Source of the DNA: Candidatus Woesearchaeota archaeon
GTDB taxonomy: Archaea; Nanobdellota; Nanobdellia; Pacearchaeales; GW2011-AR1
DNA length: 64,000 nucleotides
Direction of reading: 5' to 3'
Assembly (NCBI GenBank): GCA_964557325.1
Contig: CAZKZO010000001.1
Coordinates: forward strand, 1,159-65,158
Shown one piece after another: positions 28,332 through 38,099 of this stretch. Under the pieces are notes generated by a model. That model made no database searches. It was not told the DNA's origin and was given only the letters and a program-made list of their open reading frames with translations. The translations under genes and the position numbers were made by a program. How positions within the stretch are numbered: position 1 is the first letter of the stretch; each line of letters begins with the position of its first letter.

Positions 28332-28540
28332 ACATTTAAAATAAAGCTCTTGCTACAAACTCCTTATTTATTTTTCTTTTTACTGCCTTCACCTCTACTT
28401 CTTTCTTTTCCTCCTTTCTTATAAGGATGTTTTTTATTTTCCTTTTTCTTATCTTTACGCTTTTTACGCTTTTGAGGCATTGCATATTCCATAATTAAAA
28501 TAATAGAATTAGGTTTAAATAATTTAGGTTAAAAATAAAA

Positions 28541-28876
28541 TTATTCACAATCTACTGCAGGACAATCACTAAATCCATAATTAGAATAGTCTTCTGCAAA
28601 TTCTTTACAAGTTCCAAAGACCTCATCTTCTCCTTCTGCTTTTAAACTCCTCTGTAAAGTACAAAAATCATAAACACTTTGTGTTGCACAAGCTGTTTCA
28701 CAAGAAGTCACTACAGTATCAACATTATTATTTGAAAGCCATGGGGCAAGTTTATTCCAACCCAGGGTAAATCCTGCAATAAGAATAACTAAAACTATCA
28801 CAGCAAGAACAATTAATACAATTGCATTTGTACTCAAACCCTGACCTCTTTTATTCAGCATATTTAACTCAAGCAT
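28541..28876 (-). CDS. Pilin-like protein with a class III signal peptide
   Basis: MLNKRGQG-LSTNAIVLIVLAVIVLVIL, followed by a Cys-rich C-terminal domain. Confidence 0.5.
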   Translation of the reverse strand: MLELNMLNKRGQGLSTNAIVLIVLAVIVLVILIAGFTLGWNKLAPWLSNNNVDTVVTSCETACATQSVYDFCTLQRSLKAEGEDEVFGTCKEFAEDYSNYGFSDCPAVDCE

Positions 28877-28906
28877 AATTTATTTATAAAACTTTCTTAT
28901 TAGACA

Positions 28907-29200
28907 CTAATCAACATAATACTTAACACGAACATTTCCTTTTCTAATCTCAAGATATTTTCCTTCTACATCTGACTTTAGAAGTATTTCTCCTTGAACC
29001 AAATTTGTTTCACCCAATTCTCCATAAACATTTAATTTTTCCTTTTGTATTTTTATTTCCTCAACAATAAAAACATCTGAAAATGCTTTTTTTGTATTTT
29101 GGCTTGAAATGGAAAAGCTCAAAATAGCTAAACCACAAAGAATAACTACACCTATCACTAAAATTATCACAGGTATATTTGCTTTTTTATTTAGTTTCAT
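28907..29200 (-). CDS. Pilin-like protein (KKA-N class III signal)
   Basis: MKLNKKANIPVIILVIGVVIL. Confidence 0.4.
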   Translation of the reverse strand: MKLNKKANIPVIILVIGVVILCGLAILSFSISSQNTKKAFSDVFIVEEIKIQKEKLNVYGELGETNLVQGEILLKSDVEGKYLEIRKGNVRVKYYVD

Positions 29201-29678
29201 ATTTTAACATAACCACCTCTAAAGTTTTATTTTGATTTAATTTTATATTTTCAAAAGAATAAGCATAATCTGTTTTTGTTGTTTTGCCTTCAATAGATGT
29301 TTTTGGTTTGTTCCCAAAAAAATAATTCTTTATATCACTCAACCCAAAATCATAAACAACACCAACCCAAACATCTTTAGGGTAATCTTCTAAGAAAAAA
29401 CCTTCAAAAACCTGTAAAGCCAAATTTCCTGTAAAATTTGTTAAATTTCCTGAAGATTTAATTTCATCATAAACTCTTTTATCTTCTGTAAGCAAATAAG
29501 AAAAAAAAGATTTTGAAACCAAAGTATCTTTTTTTGAAAAACTTTCCACAGGTTTATCTGCAAAAACATTAACTGTCAATAAAAGTGAAATTCCTAAAAT
29601 AAAAACTATAATCAAAGTTGCAACCATCCATGTGATTGTTGATGCTATTTGTGCTTTTTTATTAAACCTATTAAACAT
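29187..29678 (-). CDS. Pilin-like protein (KKA-Q class III signal)
   Basis: NKKAQIASTITWMVATLIIVFIL. Confidence 0.4.
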   Translation of the reverse strand: MFNRFNKKAQIASTITWMVATLIIVFILGISLLLTVNVFADKPVESFSKKDTLVSKSFFSYLLTEDKRVYDEIKSSGNLTNFTGNLALQVFEGFFLEDYPKDVWVGVVYDFGLSDIKNYFFGNKPKTSIEGKTTKTDYAYSFENIKLNQNKTLEVVMLKYETK

Positions 29679-30180
29679 TTTTCTCCACTTTTCCTACAAC
29701 ACTTAAAATTCTAATATCATATTTATTTCCTTGTTTATCAATACTATAAAAATTTCTTTCCAAACAAAAAGGCAAACCCTCTCCTTTAATACTGCAAAAA
29801 TCTTTAAAATTTTCATTACCTTTATTGACCTTTAATAGTATTCCAGGATTTGCAGTATCAAACTCTCTTACTTCAGCTTCAACATAAAACTGCTCTTGTT
29901 CTTTCCAGCCATATACATCTTCTGTTTCAAAATTCAAGTTACATTTTTGCATAAAATTTTCTTGATTCATACCCTTTAAATCAGCCAAATATCCTGAATC
30001 TGTCAAACATTCTGCAATTTTATCAGTTAAAATGTCTGCTTCAATTTCTCTTACATCATAAGGATTTCCATAAAAAACAGCAGTCATATAAACTATGGCA
30101 GCAGCAACAATAAATAAAATTACAAACCAATAAACTGAAATTACTTTTTCTCCTTTTTTGCCTTTAACTGATTTCATCAT
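29671..30180 (-). CDS. Pilin-like / pilus-associated membrane-anchored protein
   Basis: Basic N-terminus KGKKGEK followed by a TM helix. Confidence 0.35.
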   Translation of the reverse strand: MMKSVKGKKGEKVISVYWFVILFIVAAAIVYMTAVFYGNPYDVREIEADILTDKIAECLTDSGYLADLKGMNQENFMQKCNLNFETEDVYGWKEQEQFYVEAEVREFDTANPGILLKVNKGNENFKDFCSIKGEGLPFCLERNFYSIDKQGNKYDIRILSVVGKVEKNV

Positions 30181-30569
30181 TTGATTACAAAATAATAATC
30201 CTCCATACTTGTTGTATTAAAAACAGGATTTACAGAAACATCATTAAAAAAAGAATACTCATAACCTGTATCTTTACTTAACTGGACTCTTACAATATTT
30301 CTCTCTATCTGTAATATTTCATCAGAACTAATACTTTTTTCTTTTTTATTAATAGCCTTTTTCATATTAATCTGAATAAGCATCCCTGGCTCAGCAGAAT
30401 CAATAAGTAATGCAACTTCTTTTGCATATCTTTCTTCTAAAACAGCAACACTACTTGTTTTGGCAGTTAAAAAAACAAGAAGAATTACAATAAAAGCCAG
30501 ATTCAAAATAATAAAAATTATGTTTTCTACTAAAATATTTGCTTTTTTATTTTTTGGCTTTATTTTCAT
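30177..30569 (-). CDS. Pilin-like protein (KKA-NILVE, Glu at +5)
   Basis: NKKANILVENIIFIILNLAFIV; Glu at +5 after the predicted cleavage site, as in type IV pilins. Confidence 0.45.
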   Translation of the reverse strand: MKIKPKNKKANILVENIIFIILNLAFIVILLVFLTAKTSSVAVLEERYAKEVALLIDSAEPGMLIQINMKKAINKKEKSISSDEILQIERNIVRVQLSKDTGYEYSFFNDVSVNPVFNTTSMEDYYFVIK

Positions 30570-30596
30570 TTTTCAACACCTTATAATATGTAATTG

Positions 30597-31346
30597 TTAA
30601 GCTTTAGTTATAAATTCATCACATTTTGTTGAAGAAGTTTCAGAAGTTTGTACTAAAAAAACACTTAAAACATCATCAGAATTTAAGCCACCTACACCCC
30701 AATTAGCATCCATTCCAGTTAAAACAGATTGCTTTTCACTTAAATTAATTAAACCATTTTTATCAAAATTAAAAACACCTGCCCCTTTAACCTTTTCAAT
30801 ATCAATATTTCCATAAAGATAATTATAATATGTTTGAGAATTTTCTTTTTTAGTGGTTTTCAAATAATTAATAAATTCAGCATAATTTATTGAACCAATT
30901 TCTTGTTCAAGAGAAGAATCAAAATCAACTACAGAACAAATTGCGCATTGCTTTGATGTAGAAGTTTTGCTCACATATCCTGCATTACCTTCTCCAAACA
31001 TCCACCAACAATCAGCCATTTCTTCAGCAAGAGATTTCATTATTTGCTCTTTTTTATTTAAATTATCTAATACTTTAACAGTTATATCAGGATTTATCTT
31101 TTCACAATCTCTTTCTCCAGAAACACAGACATATGTTGTCCTACAATCTAAAGAACCTGAAGAAAAATCATTATTTGATTTTAAAATAACAGAATTATGA
31201 CATATTTCTTTATTTGTGGTTTTTCCTAAATCCAATCTAAAAAATAAAAAAAGTATTACAGAAAAACTAAGTATAAGTATTACTAAACCAACTATTTGCT
31301 TTGTTGTCATTTCTGCTTTTTTACCATTAAATAAATTAAATTCCAT
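30597..31346 (-). CDS. Pilus-associated Cys-rich protein with an N-terminal signal anchor
   Basis: NGKKAEMTTKQIVGLVILIL..., then a Cys-rich ectodomain. Confidence 0.35.
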   Translation of the reverse strand: MEFNLFNGKKAEMTTKQIVGLVILILSFSVILFLFFRLDLGKTTNKEICHNSVILKSNNDFSSGSLDCRTTYVCVSGERDCEKINPDITVKVLDNLNKKEQIMKSLAEEMADCWWMFGEGNAGYVSKTSTSKQCAICSVVDFDSSLEQEIGSINYAEFINYLKTTKKENSQTYYNYLYGNIDIEKVKGAGVFNFDKNGLINLSEKQSVLTGMDANWGVGGLNSDDVLSVFLVQTSETSSTKCDEFITKA

Positions 31347-31446
31347 TACATCACTCCAAATTGTTTAAGCATAAAATACATTCCAGTAAGTGCTATTCCA
31401 AAAAACACTATCCAAATTAAATATTTTATGAATTCATCTAAGTCCA

Positions 31447-31911
31447 TTATTTTTTTATTATTTGTTTATTTTGATAATCTATTTCCAAAATCACAGGAGG
31501 GTTTTTTATTTCTATATTTTGCCCTAATTTGTATTCTGACTCTCTACAAACACTTTTTTTATCACATTCTTCAATTCTTGACTTAAAAACCATATTCTTA
31601 CAAATGCAAATGCAATCTTGCATTCCTTGTACAGAACAGGATAAAGGCATGTTGTTTCCTTGTGGCCATGAACTAACAAACCAACCTTTAGGATTATAAA
31701 TCTCAATTTCACTTAAACCTGCATCAATACCTTCAATAATATAATCTAAAGATTCTTCAGCTAACTCGAGCTCTTTTGAATCCTTATTAGTATTATAAAT
31801 TGAAAAAAGAAAGTAAACTAAAAGTGATACAGCAATTACACCTATTATCAATTTTAAACTTTCTTCTGCAAGTAAAAACCCTTTTTTATTTGATATCATT
31901 TTAAACCCCAA
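31447..31911 (-). CDS. Type IV pilin-like protein (KKG-FLLAEE)
   Basis: NKKGFLLAEESLKLIIGVIAV: the G-F cleavage motif with Glu at +5, then a hydrophobic helix. Confidence 0.5.
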   Translation of the reverse strand: MGFKMISNKKGFLLAEESLKLIIGVIAVSLLVYFLFSIYNTNKDSKELELAEESLDYIIEGIDAGLSEIEIYNPKGWFVSSWPQGNNMPLSCSVQGMQDCICICKNMVFKSRIEECDKKSVCRESEYKLGQNIEIKNPPVILEIDYQNKQIIKK

Positions 31912-32059
31912 TTAAAGCAAGTAAAATATTTCCTGTCTGATTTGTTTTGAAAAAATCAAAAACATAATTTTGGAAAAAACTATACAACCCAAACACAACA
32001 ACACCCACTACTAAAACTCCTATGATTATTTTTATCAAATTACTAATTGTTAATTCCAT
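31901..32059 (-). CDS. Small hydrophobic protein (52 aa) in the pilus operon
   Basis: MELTISNLIKIIIGVLVVGVVVFGLYSFF...; overlaps the downstream pilin start. Not in the supplied ORF track. Confidence 0.25.
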   Translation of the reverse strand: MELTISNLIKIIIGVLVVGVVVFGLYSFFQNYVFDFFKTNQTGNILLALIGV

Positions 32060-32060
32060 T

Positions 32061-32213
32061 TTAAGGGAAAATATTTTTTAAGTTATCTACCAAAGAAATT
32101 CCTTTATCTTTAAGCACTAAAATTGCAATAACTAAAATAGCTAACACAGCTACTGCAAGCAAAACCCAGGGCAAATAATCTGAAATAATACCTCTTTTAT
32201 CATTTAATTGCAT
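32061..32213 (-). CDS. Mini-pilin (50 aa) with a KRG class III signal
   Basis: MQLNDKRG-IISDYLPWVLLAVAVLAILVIAILVL. Not in the supplied ORF track. Confidence 0.4.
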   Translation of the reverse strand: MQLNDKRGIISDYLPWVLLAVAVLAILVIAILVLKDKGISLVDNLKNIFP

Positions 32214-32249
32214 ATAAAAAAAAGCAATAAAGAATTAATAAACTTAACC

Positions 32250-34400
32250 CTAAACTAAATTACCTAAAACAACAGAGGCTAAAATAAACAATGCCATACT
32301 AGTTACAAGAGAAGTTATAAAAAACAATAACATTCCTTTATTCAAATTTTTTCCTGTTTTATGGGTTTTCTGAAGCTTGTCTTCACCTGCATCAATTGCA
32401 ACCAAAGCACCTGTCAAAATAAAAATAATTTGAATCAAATACAATCCTACAATTAATTGCAAATAATAAGGAGGGATCATAGAAGTTACATCAAAAATAT
32501 TAATTATATTTCCTAAATTTCCTGTAATTTCCTGTCCAGCAAGTTCAGATAATTTAAGTCGTGTAAGTATAGTTGTAATCATAGCAGCTAAACCAACAAC
32601 TACTCCTGAAAGAAGCGGAGCAAGAAAGCTCATATTGGATTTCATATCAGAAATAATTCCTGCCAGCATATCTTTTAACCTATTAGTAATTTTTTGAATA
32701 TTTTTCGCATATTCTGAAATACTCATCAAACTTACTGCAGCAATTTTAAGTCCTTTTTTCACAGATTCAATAAGAATCCTCATACTTGTAGCAATTAAAT
32801 CAGAGGGATAAAAATTAATAGCTCCTCTTTTTTTATCAAAAATAGCTCTTTCTACATCCATCCCCATCTGCCTTATATTATAATTAACTCTTCTAAAAAA
32901 ATCTCCTGTTTCCAAACCTTTAGAAGATTCTGCAACTTTTCCAAAAGCTATTTCAGGAGGTAAGCCATTTCCAATCCTATTTCCAAGCTGGAATAAAGAA
33001 TTATTAAATTCTTTTTCAAGTTGTTTAGTTTTAGTTCTCTCTTTTATAAGTTCTTTTGTCCTGTCTTTAAAAGAAACAGAAAAGAATAATGCAATACCCA
33101 AAGGAATAAACAAACTCAAAAATAAAGCACCCATTCCAAAAGGTCCTGTAATGCCTTGAGAAGTTTCCAAAAACCCAAATATTTTTTCATCACCAAAAAA
33201 CCCTAAACCAAGCTGTGTAAAAGTTAAATCTTTAGAAACACCTATCCATTCAGCAACAGGAGTATAATTAAAAATTAAAGGAAGTAACCCTATTAAAATC
33301 AAAGGCAAAGCAATCACTGCTCCTATTATATAAGATTTTTTACTTTTGTATTTTGGATAAAGAGGGTTTCTTTCCAAAAGCTGAGATTCTCCATGTCCAC
33401 CTGGTCTTAAAAATAAAACCTTATCAATAAGGTAAAATACTAAAAAAGGAATTATTAAATTAAATAAAATAAATACATGAACTGTTTTTAAAATCCCCCC
33501 AAGCATTGCAGAAGCAAGAGGAAGTAAAGCTAAACCTAAAGTAGGAAGAACTACTCCAAGCATATAAACATTAGTCAAAGGACTTTTTACCTCGTGAGTA
33601 AATCTAAGCATTTTATCATAAACACCATCTAAAACAACTTTCAGGGATTTTTCCAAAGTTCTTATTCTTCTTGAATTATCTGGCTCAAACAAACTGCTTT
33701 CTATAAGATGGAATGCTTCAATGAATTCAACAGAATAATCTCTCCAAATTTCCAGATAATTATCAAGGCTTTCTTTAATGGTTGAAAATTTTCCAACCTG
33801 AACATTATAAAAAACTTTTTTAAAATCAAGTGCTAAAGGATATTCAAGATTTTCAGAGGCAAATGCAATTGCTCTTTCTAAATTAGGTGTATGCCTCATA
33901 TAAACCACAATATAAAGGATAGCTGGAACCATTTGACTACTTGCTTTAAGCCGCCATTTATTTGCAAGTCTTTGAGGATATCTATTCATAAAATAAAACA
34001 CAAAAATTGACAAAACCGCAGACAAAAGAAAAAATACTGCAGGAATAGTATCTGTAATCAAAAATACTGCAGCAGAAATTATTAATCCAATAAAAAATAT
34101 GCTTAAAAAAGAGATAACACTTAAAGTTAAAGGCTGCCATTCTTCCAAATCCAAATGTGCAATCCTTAAACTTTTTCTTACTTTTTTCTTATCTTTTTCA
34201 GAAACATTAAGCTTAATCAAACTCCCAAGACTTTTACACCATTTTTCATAACGAGAAATATCAGGAGCCATTTCTTTTTTGAAATTAACATAAGACATAC
34301 TATAATTAGAACTTTTTGTCGTAGGTGTTGAAGAAATTTTACCTTCAAGCTTTCCACTATATTTTCTTAAAATATCTTTAACATCTTTATCTTTTGTCAT
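32250..34400 (-). CDS. TadC/FlaJ-like polytopic membrane platform protein (T2SS-F domain family), unusually long at 716 aa
   Basis: Alternating TM clusters and cytoplasmic helical domains; located between the pilins and the secretion ATPase. Confidence 0.5.
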   Translation of the reverse strand: MTKDKDVKDILRKYSGKLEGKISSTPTTKSSNYSMSYVNFKKEMAPDISRYEKWCKSLGSLIKLNVSEKDKKKVRKSLRIAHLDLEEWQPLTLSVISFLSIFFIGLIISAAVFLITDTIPAVFFLLSAVLSIFVFYFMNRYPQRLANKWRLKASSQMVPAILYIVVYMRHTPNLERAIAFASENLEYPLALDFKKVFYNVQVGKFSTIKESLDNYLEIWRDYSVEFIEAFHLIESSLFEPDNSRRIRTLEKSLKVVLDGVYDKMLRFTHEVKSPLTNVYMLGVVLPTLGLALLPLASAMLGGILKTVHVFILFNLIIPFLVFYLIDKVLFLRPGGHGESQLLERNPLYPKYKSKKSYIIGAVIALPLILIGLLPLIFNYTPVAEWIGVSKDLTFTQLGLGFFGDEKIFGFLETSQGITGPFGMGALFLSLFIPLGIALFFSVSFKDRTKELIKERTKTKQLEKEFNNSLFQLGNRIGNGLPPEIAFGKVAESSKGLETGDFFRRVNYNIRQMGMDVERAIFDKKRGAINFYPSDLIATSMRILIESVKKGLKIAAVSLMSISEYAKNIQKITNRLKDMLAGIISDMKSNMSFLAPLLSGVVVGLAAMITTILTRLKLSELAGQEITGNLGNIINIFDVTSMIPPYYLQLIVGLYLIQIIFILTGALVAIDAGEDKLQKTHKTGKNLNKGMLLFFITSLVTSMALFILASVVLGNLV

Positions 34401-34414
34401 AATTTTTCCCTTTT

Positions 34415-34900
34415 TTATTTATTATAAAGGTTTAATAATTTAATAAACTTATTTCTATAGGTTTTTATTTCTTCATTTGTTAATTTTGATATAAAATCAA
34501 GTAAATAAGCATTAAAATCCTCTGCAAGAAATATCAACTTTCTCGCCTCTTGAATTTCTATTTGAAAATTTAAATGATATTGTGTCTGTATCCTTTCTTT
34601 TTTTGCAAATAAAATACTTGTATTCTCTAATTCAAAAAGTCTTTTTAAAAGCATAATAGATGCTGTATGATTTTCACTTTTTATTCCTATTTTAAACAAA
34701 AGTGCTAATAATGAATTATACATACTATAATAAATTAAAGAAATAGCTTCTTCAAATTTTTTATTTTCCAATAATATTTTAGCAGAAGACAAATTACTTT
34801 CTAATTTTTTTAAATAAGAGTTTTTAATTATATTGCTAGGTTCAACTAATTTTATCTTTTTCTGCTTTTTTATCTTATTCAAAAAATTTATATCTTTCAT
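34415..34900 (-). CDS. HEPN domain protein (putative toxin of a HEPN/MNT pair)
   Basis: All-alpha, about 160 aa; overlaps the upstream NTase gene by 26 nt, in the canonical MNT-then-HEPN order. Confidence 0.45.
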   Translation of the reverse strand: MKDINFLNKIKKQKKIKLVEPSNIIKNSYLKKLESNLSSAKILLENKKFEEAISLIYYSMYNSLLALLFKIGIKSENHTASIMLLKRLFELENTSILFAKKERIQTQYHLNFQIEIQEARKLIFLAEDFNAYLLDFISKLTNEEIKTYRNKFIKLLNLYNK

Positions 34901-35423
34901 AAAAAGTTTCCACTCCTTTTATTATCACATGATTTTTTTCTATTTCTTTTATTAAAGAATTATTTTTATCATATTTACCAATTTTTATATTAATCTTTGA
35001 ATTAAATGCCTCGATTTCTTTTTTTAAATTTAAACTAGTTGTTTCCACATATATATCGATGTCACTACTTTTATTTGCAGAGAATTTTGCATAAGAGCCA
35101 AATAAAATCGCAATTTTAATTTTAGAATTTCCTTGAATCTTTTCAATAATATTTCTTAAATAAGGGTATGCCTCTAAAAGTTTTTTTAGTTTATAATTTT
35201 CAGTCATAAAAACATATGTTTTTGCTTCTGTTGTTTGTTTTAAAAAATAAATTTTGTTTTTTCCTTCTTCAAAATAATCCAAAACATTCTCTTTATAAAG
35301 TTCATTAAGTTTCCTCAAAACAGTTGTGTGGTTAGTATTAAGTTTTTTTGCTAAAGCTCTTACATGTGTTTTTTTATTCAATAATACATTAAGAATTTCA
35401 AGTTTGTAATCCTTTCGTTCCAT
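34875..35423 (-). CDS. wHTH-fused minimal nucleotidyltransferase (MNT) antitoxin
   Basis: N-terminal wHTH (THVRALAKKLNTNHTTVLRKLNEL) and an NTase motif ILFGSYAKFSANKSSDIDIYVET (GS...SDxD). Confidence 0.6.
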   Translation of the reverse strand: MERKDYKLEILNVLLNKKTHVRALAKKLNTNHTTVLRKLNELYKENVLDYFEEGKNKIYFLKQTTEAKTYVFMTENYKLKKLLEAYPYLRNIIEKIQGNSKIKIAILFGSYAKFSANKSSDIDIYVETTSLNLKKEIEAFNSKINIKIGKYDKNNSLIKEIEKNHVIIKGVETFYERYKFFE

Positions 35424-35485
35424 GTGGAATATATATGTTCCAATATTTATAAACTTTTGTCATTAAAATTAGAATAGATTTGGGG

Positions 35486-35698
35486 TTAAAAAGAACTTAA
35501 AAAAATGACTCTCTTTTCCAACTCATCTAATTCTCTTAAAGTTAAACATTTACAACCATCACAATTAATATAAATTCTATCTATCTCTTCAGCTCTTCTT
35601 TTTCGCACATACTCTGTTGTAATTTCTCCAGGTTTAACATCTTCTATTTCAGCTATTTTTCTTGAAACATAATATTCTAAAGATTCTTCTCTTCTCAT
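35486..35698 (-). CDS. Small hypothetical protein (CDGCKC motif)
   Basis: 70 aa, between the ATPase and the MNT gene. Confidence 0.25.
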   Translation of the reverse strand: MRREESLEYYVSRKIAEIEDVKPGEITTEYVRKRRAEEIDRIYINCDGCKCLTLRELDELEKRVIFLSSF

Positions 35699-35722
35699 TT
35701 TAAAATTATCAAAATTATTTAT

Positions 35723-38011
35723 TTATATCTTTCTCTTCTTCACTTCCTCATTCAACCATTTCTGCCATTCAGGAAAAACCCTTTCAGACATAGGCAAACC
35801 AGTTTCCTCTCTAATTTCATCAGAAATTCTATGAAAAGCATGATTAGAATCAACTGTAAATTGAGCTTCAAGCAAATCAGGATTTTTTGATTTTTCAGCA
35901 ACTTCCACAATTGCTTTTTTTATCTTCCCTCTTAATAAAATATTATCATAAACAGCATCCCAATTACCAGCCCATCCTTTAACATTTGAAGCAATTCCTT
36001 TTAAAATCTCACTATCTCCATTAATCAAATCTTCACTCGGAACTAACTCATCTTTCTCTACATCATAATTCAATAAATCAACAAATCCTTTCTCTTCTAA
36101 AGGATCTTTTTTCCAGTGCTTTCTTACTTCAGACAAACGAACTAAACGCTTCCATGAATGCAACCCATCAGATGATTTAATAGGGTTTGCAACTGCAATT
36201 ATGTCTGTTGCTTTAAAACTTGTAGCAGGTACATTTAAATCATTTACAACTCTATCAAAAACAGCATAAGGACTTGCACCATGGATGGTTCCTGCAACCA
36301 CATTTGCCAAAGCACCAACCCTCATAGCCTCATACAAGGCCCTAGCTTCTGAGCTTCTTACCTCACCAATAATTAAACTTGAATCTCCAAGCCTCAAACT
36401 TGTTCTAATACCATCTTCTGCAGAAACTTCTGTAGTTGTTTTAAGCAAAGCAGAACGAACTTTCATTCTTAAAATATCATACTTTAATTTTCTCAAAGAT
36501 TCAACAGGCAGTTCTAAAGAATCTTCAATTACAATAACCCTATATTTTGGAATAATCTCAAGCATTAGACTTCCTAAAAGAGAAGATTTTCCACTACTCC
36601 TTGTTCCAGCAACAAGCATAGTTCTTGAACCATCAATTAAAAAACTTAATAATCCTGCAGTATAGGAATTAATCATTTTATTCTTAATAAATAAAGGTAA
36701 TGTCCATGGTTCTTCTCTATGTCTTCTTATAGCATAAGCCAAACCATCTGGACTTAAAGGTTCTTGAATAATTGCAATTCTTGCTCTTAATTTTCCAATA
36801 TCTAACTGAGTATCTAAAATAGGATTTGCTTCATCTAAAGGTCTTCCAGAAATTAAACGAAATTTAGCTGCCCAAGAATCAACATCTTCCTGACTAGGAA
36901 TTATATTAGTCGAACATTCATCAAAATCCTGATGCCTTACAAAAACAGGAATTCTTGAAATAGGTGCATTTAATGAAATATCTTGTAAGTTTTTATCCTG
37001 TAATAAAACCTCTATTAATCCAAATCCAATTGTATGTCTAACAAGAATAGAAGCAAGAGTATTTAACTCAGAATAATTAATTTTTATATTCTTGCTTTTA
37101 GCTAAATCCTGAAGTAAATCTTTTGAAATATTAAAAAAAACCTGTCTTACCCTTTCTGTATCTGTAAACTCTTCTGATTTTGGCTGGTGCTCTATCAACA
37201 CACTTCTTGCCATATTCAGCAGAGAATTAAATTCTTCACTTAAATTATTTTCAGGAGGAGATAAATGATAAATTAATTTAGGTTCTTCTTTTTTCCTTAG
37301 AAGAGTAACTAAAGATACATCGCTTTCACCAGAAGATATCTTGTATTGGTCAACAATTTCAGCACCATCAGGTAAGTCCGGAACAAGTCGTGTAAATGTA
37401 AAATTAGGAATTGTATCTGGCTTAAAAATTTTATAATAAATATCTCTCTGTCCTTTTTGATAACCTACAAGATAAGGCTCTGCATTTTTGATAATTTTTG
37501 TTTCTCTCATCATGTCTTTGATTTTTTCCAAAAGAGAAATATAATTTGACTGGTCTGACTTAAATACAGGCTGGATTTTTTCATAAAGAATCTTTGCTTC
37601 TACAATTAATTTCTTTATTTCTGCATAAGCTGCAACAGGATCTTGCTTTAAAAGAATTAAAAAAGAAAACATTTCATTATATCTTTTTTTAAAAAACTGT
37701 TCATTTTTAGAAGCAAGTTTTTCTTTGGAAAATATTTTTTCCTGTTTAAAAAGATAAACATAAAGCTGTGCAATTTCCAAAAGCATATTTGTCTCTTTTA
37801 TATCATAATTATAATTTTTCTGCTGAACAAAAACAATTCTTGAAACATTTGGATTTTCCATCAAAGCATCAACAGTATGTTCCATTACTCTAGGATTTTC
37901 AGCAAGACTGGGCACAAAACCTGCTCCAGAGTAATTAATATAAAGAATATCTTCGCCTCCTTTTCTTTCAACCTTATAAGAATATATAGGTTCACCTTTT
38001 TCAAATTGCAT
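35723..38011 (-). CDS. Type II/IV secretion ATPase (FlaI/TadA/VirB11 family) with a ~350-aa N-terminal extension
   Basis: Walker A GTRSSGKSS, Walker B VIVIEDSLEL, Asp box, His box (RLGDSSLIIGEVRSSEA...GTIHG). Confidence 0.65.
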   Translation of the reverse strand: MQFEKGEPIYSYKVERKGGEDILYINYSGAGFVPSLAENPRVMEHTVDALMENPNVSRIVFVQQKNYNYDIKETNMLLEIAQLYVYLFKQEKIFSKEKLASKNEQFFKKRYNEMFSFLILLKQDPVAAYAEIKKLIVEAKILYEKIQPVFKSDQSNYISLLEKIKDMMRETKIIKNAEPYLVGYQKGQRDIYYKIFKPDTIPNFTFTRLVPDLPDGAEIVDQYKISSGESDVSLVTLLRKKEEPKLIYHLSPPENNLSEEFNSLLNMARSVLIEHQPKSEEFTDTERVRQVFFNISKDLLQDLAKSKNIKINYSELNTLASILVRHTIGFGLIEVLLQDKNLQDISLNAPISRIPVFVRHQDFDECSTNIIPSQEDVDSWAAKFRLISGRPLDEANPILDTQLDIGKLRARIAIIQEPLSPDGLAYAIRRHREEPWTLPLFIKNKMINSYTAGLLSFLIDGSRTMLVAGTRSSGKSSLLGSLMLEIIPKYRVIVIEDSLELPVESLRKLKYDILRMKVRSALLKTTTEVSAEDGIRTSLRLGDSSLIIGEVRSSEARALYEAMRVGALANVVAGTIHGASPYAVFDRVVNDLNVPATSFKATDIIAVANPIKSSDGLHSWKRLVRLSEVRKHWKKDPLEEKGFVDLLNYDVEKDELVPSEDLINGDSEILKGIASNVKGWAGNWDAVYDNILLRGKIKKAIVEVAEKSKNPDLLEAQFTVDSNHAFHRISDEIREETGLPMSERVFPEWQKWLNEEVKKRKI

Positions 38012-38051
38012 TTTAACTTAAACAAAAAAAGCCTAACAAGTTTAAAATATT

Positions 38052-38067
38052 TTGTATTCAAATACAA
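38052..38067. promoter_or_regulatory. Inverted repeat TTGTATT-ca-AATACAA in the divergent intergenic region between the pilus ATPase and the coiled-coil gene
   Basis: Perfect 7-nt arms with a 2-nt spacer, about 35-50 nt upstream of both divergent starts. Confidence 0.3.
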
Positions 38068-38099
38068 ACAAATTTAAATCACCCTAACTTTAATTTTTT

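Noticed and set aside
28364-28492. Small Lys-rich ORF (MEYAMPQKRKKRKDKKKENKK...) upstream of the prepilin peptidase
   Set aside because: Poly-purine AT-rich sequence readily yields K-rich ORFs. There is no motif, although a small nucleic-acid-binding peptide cannot be excluded.
36285-36665. Plus-strand ORF inside the pilus ATPase gene
   Set aside because: Antisense shadow of a motif-verified ATPase.
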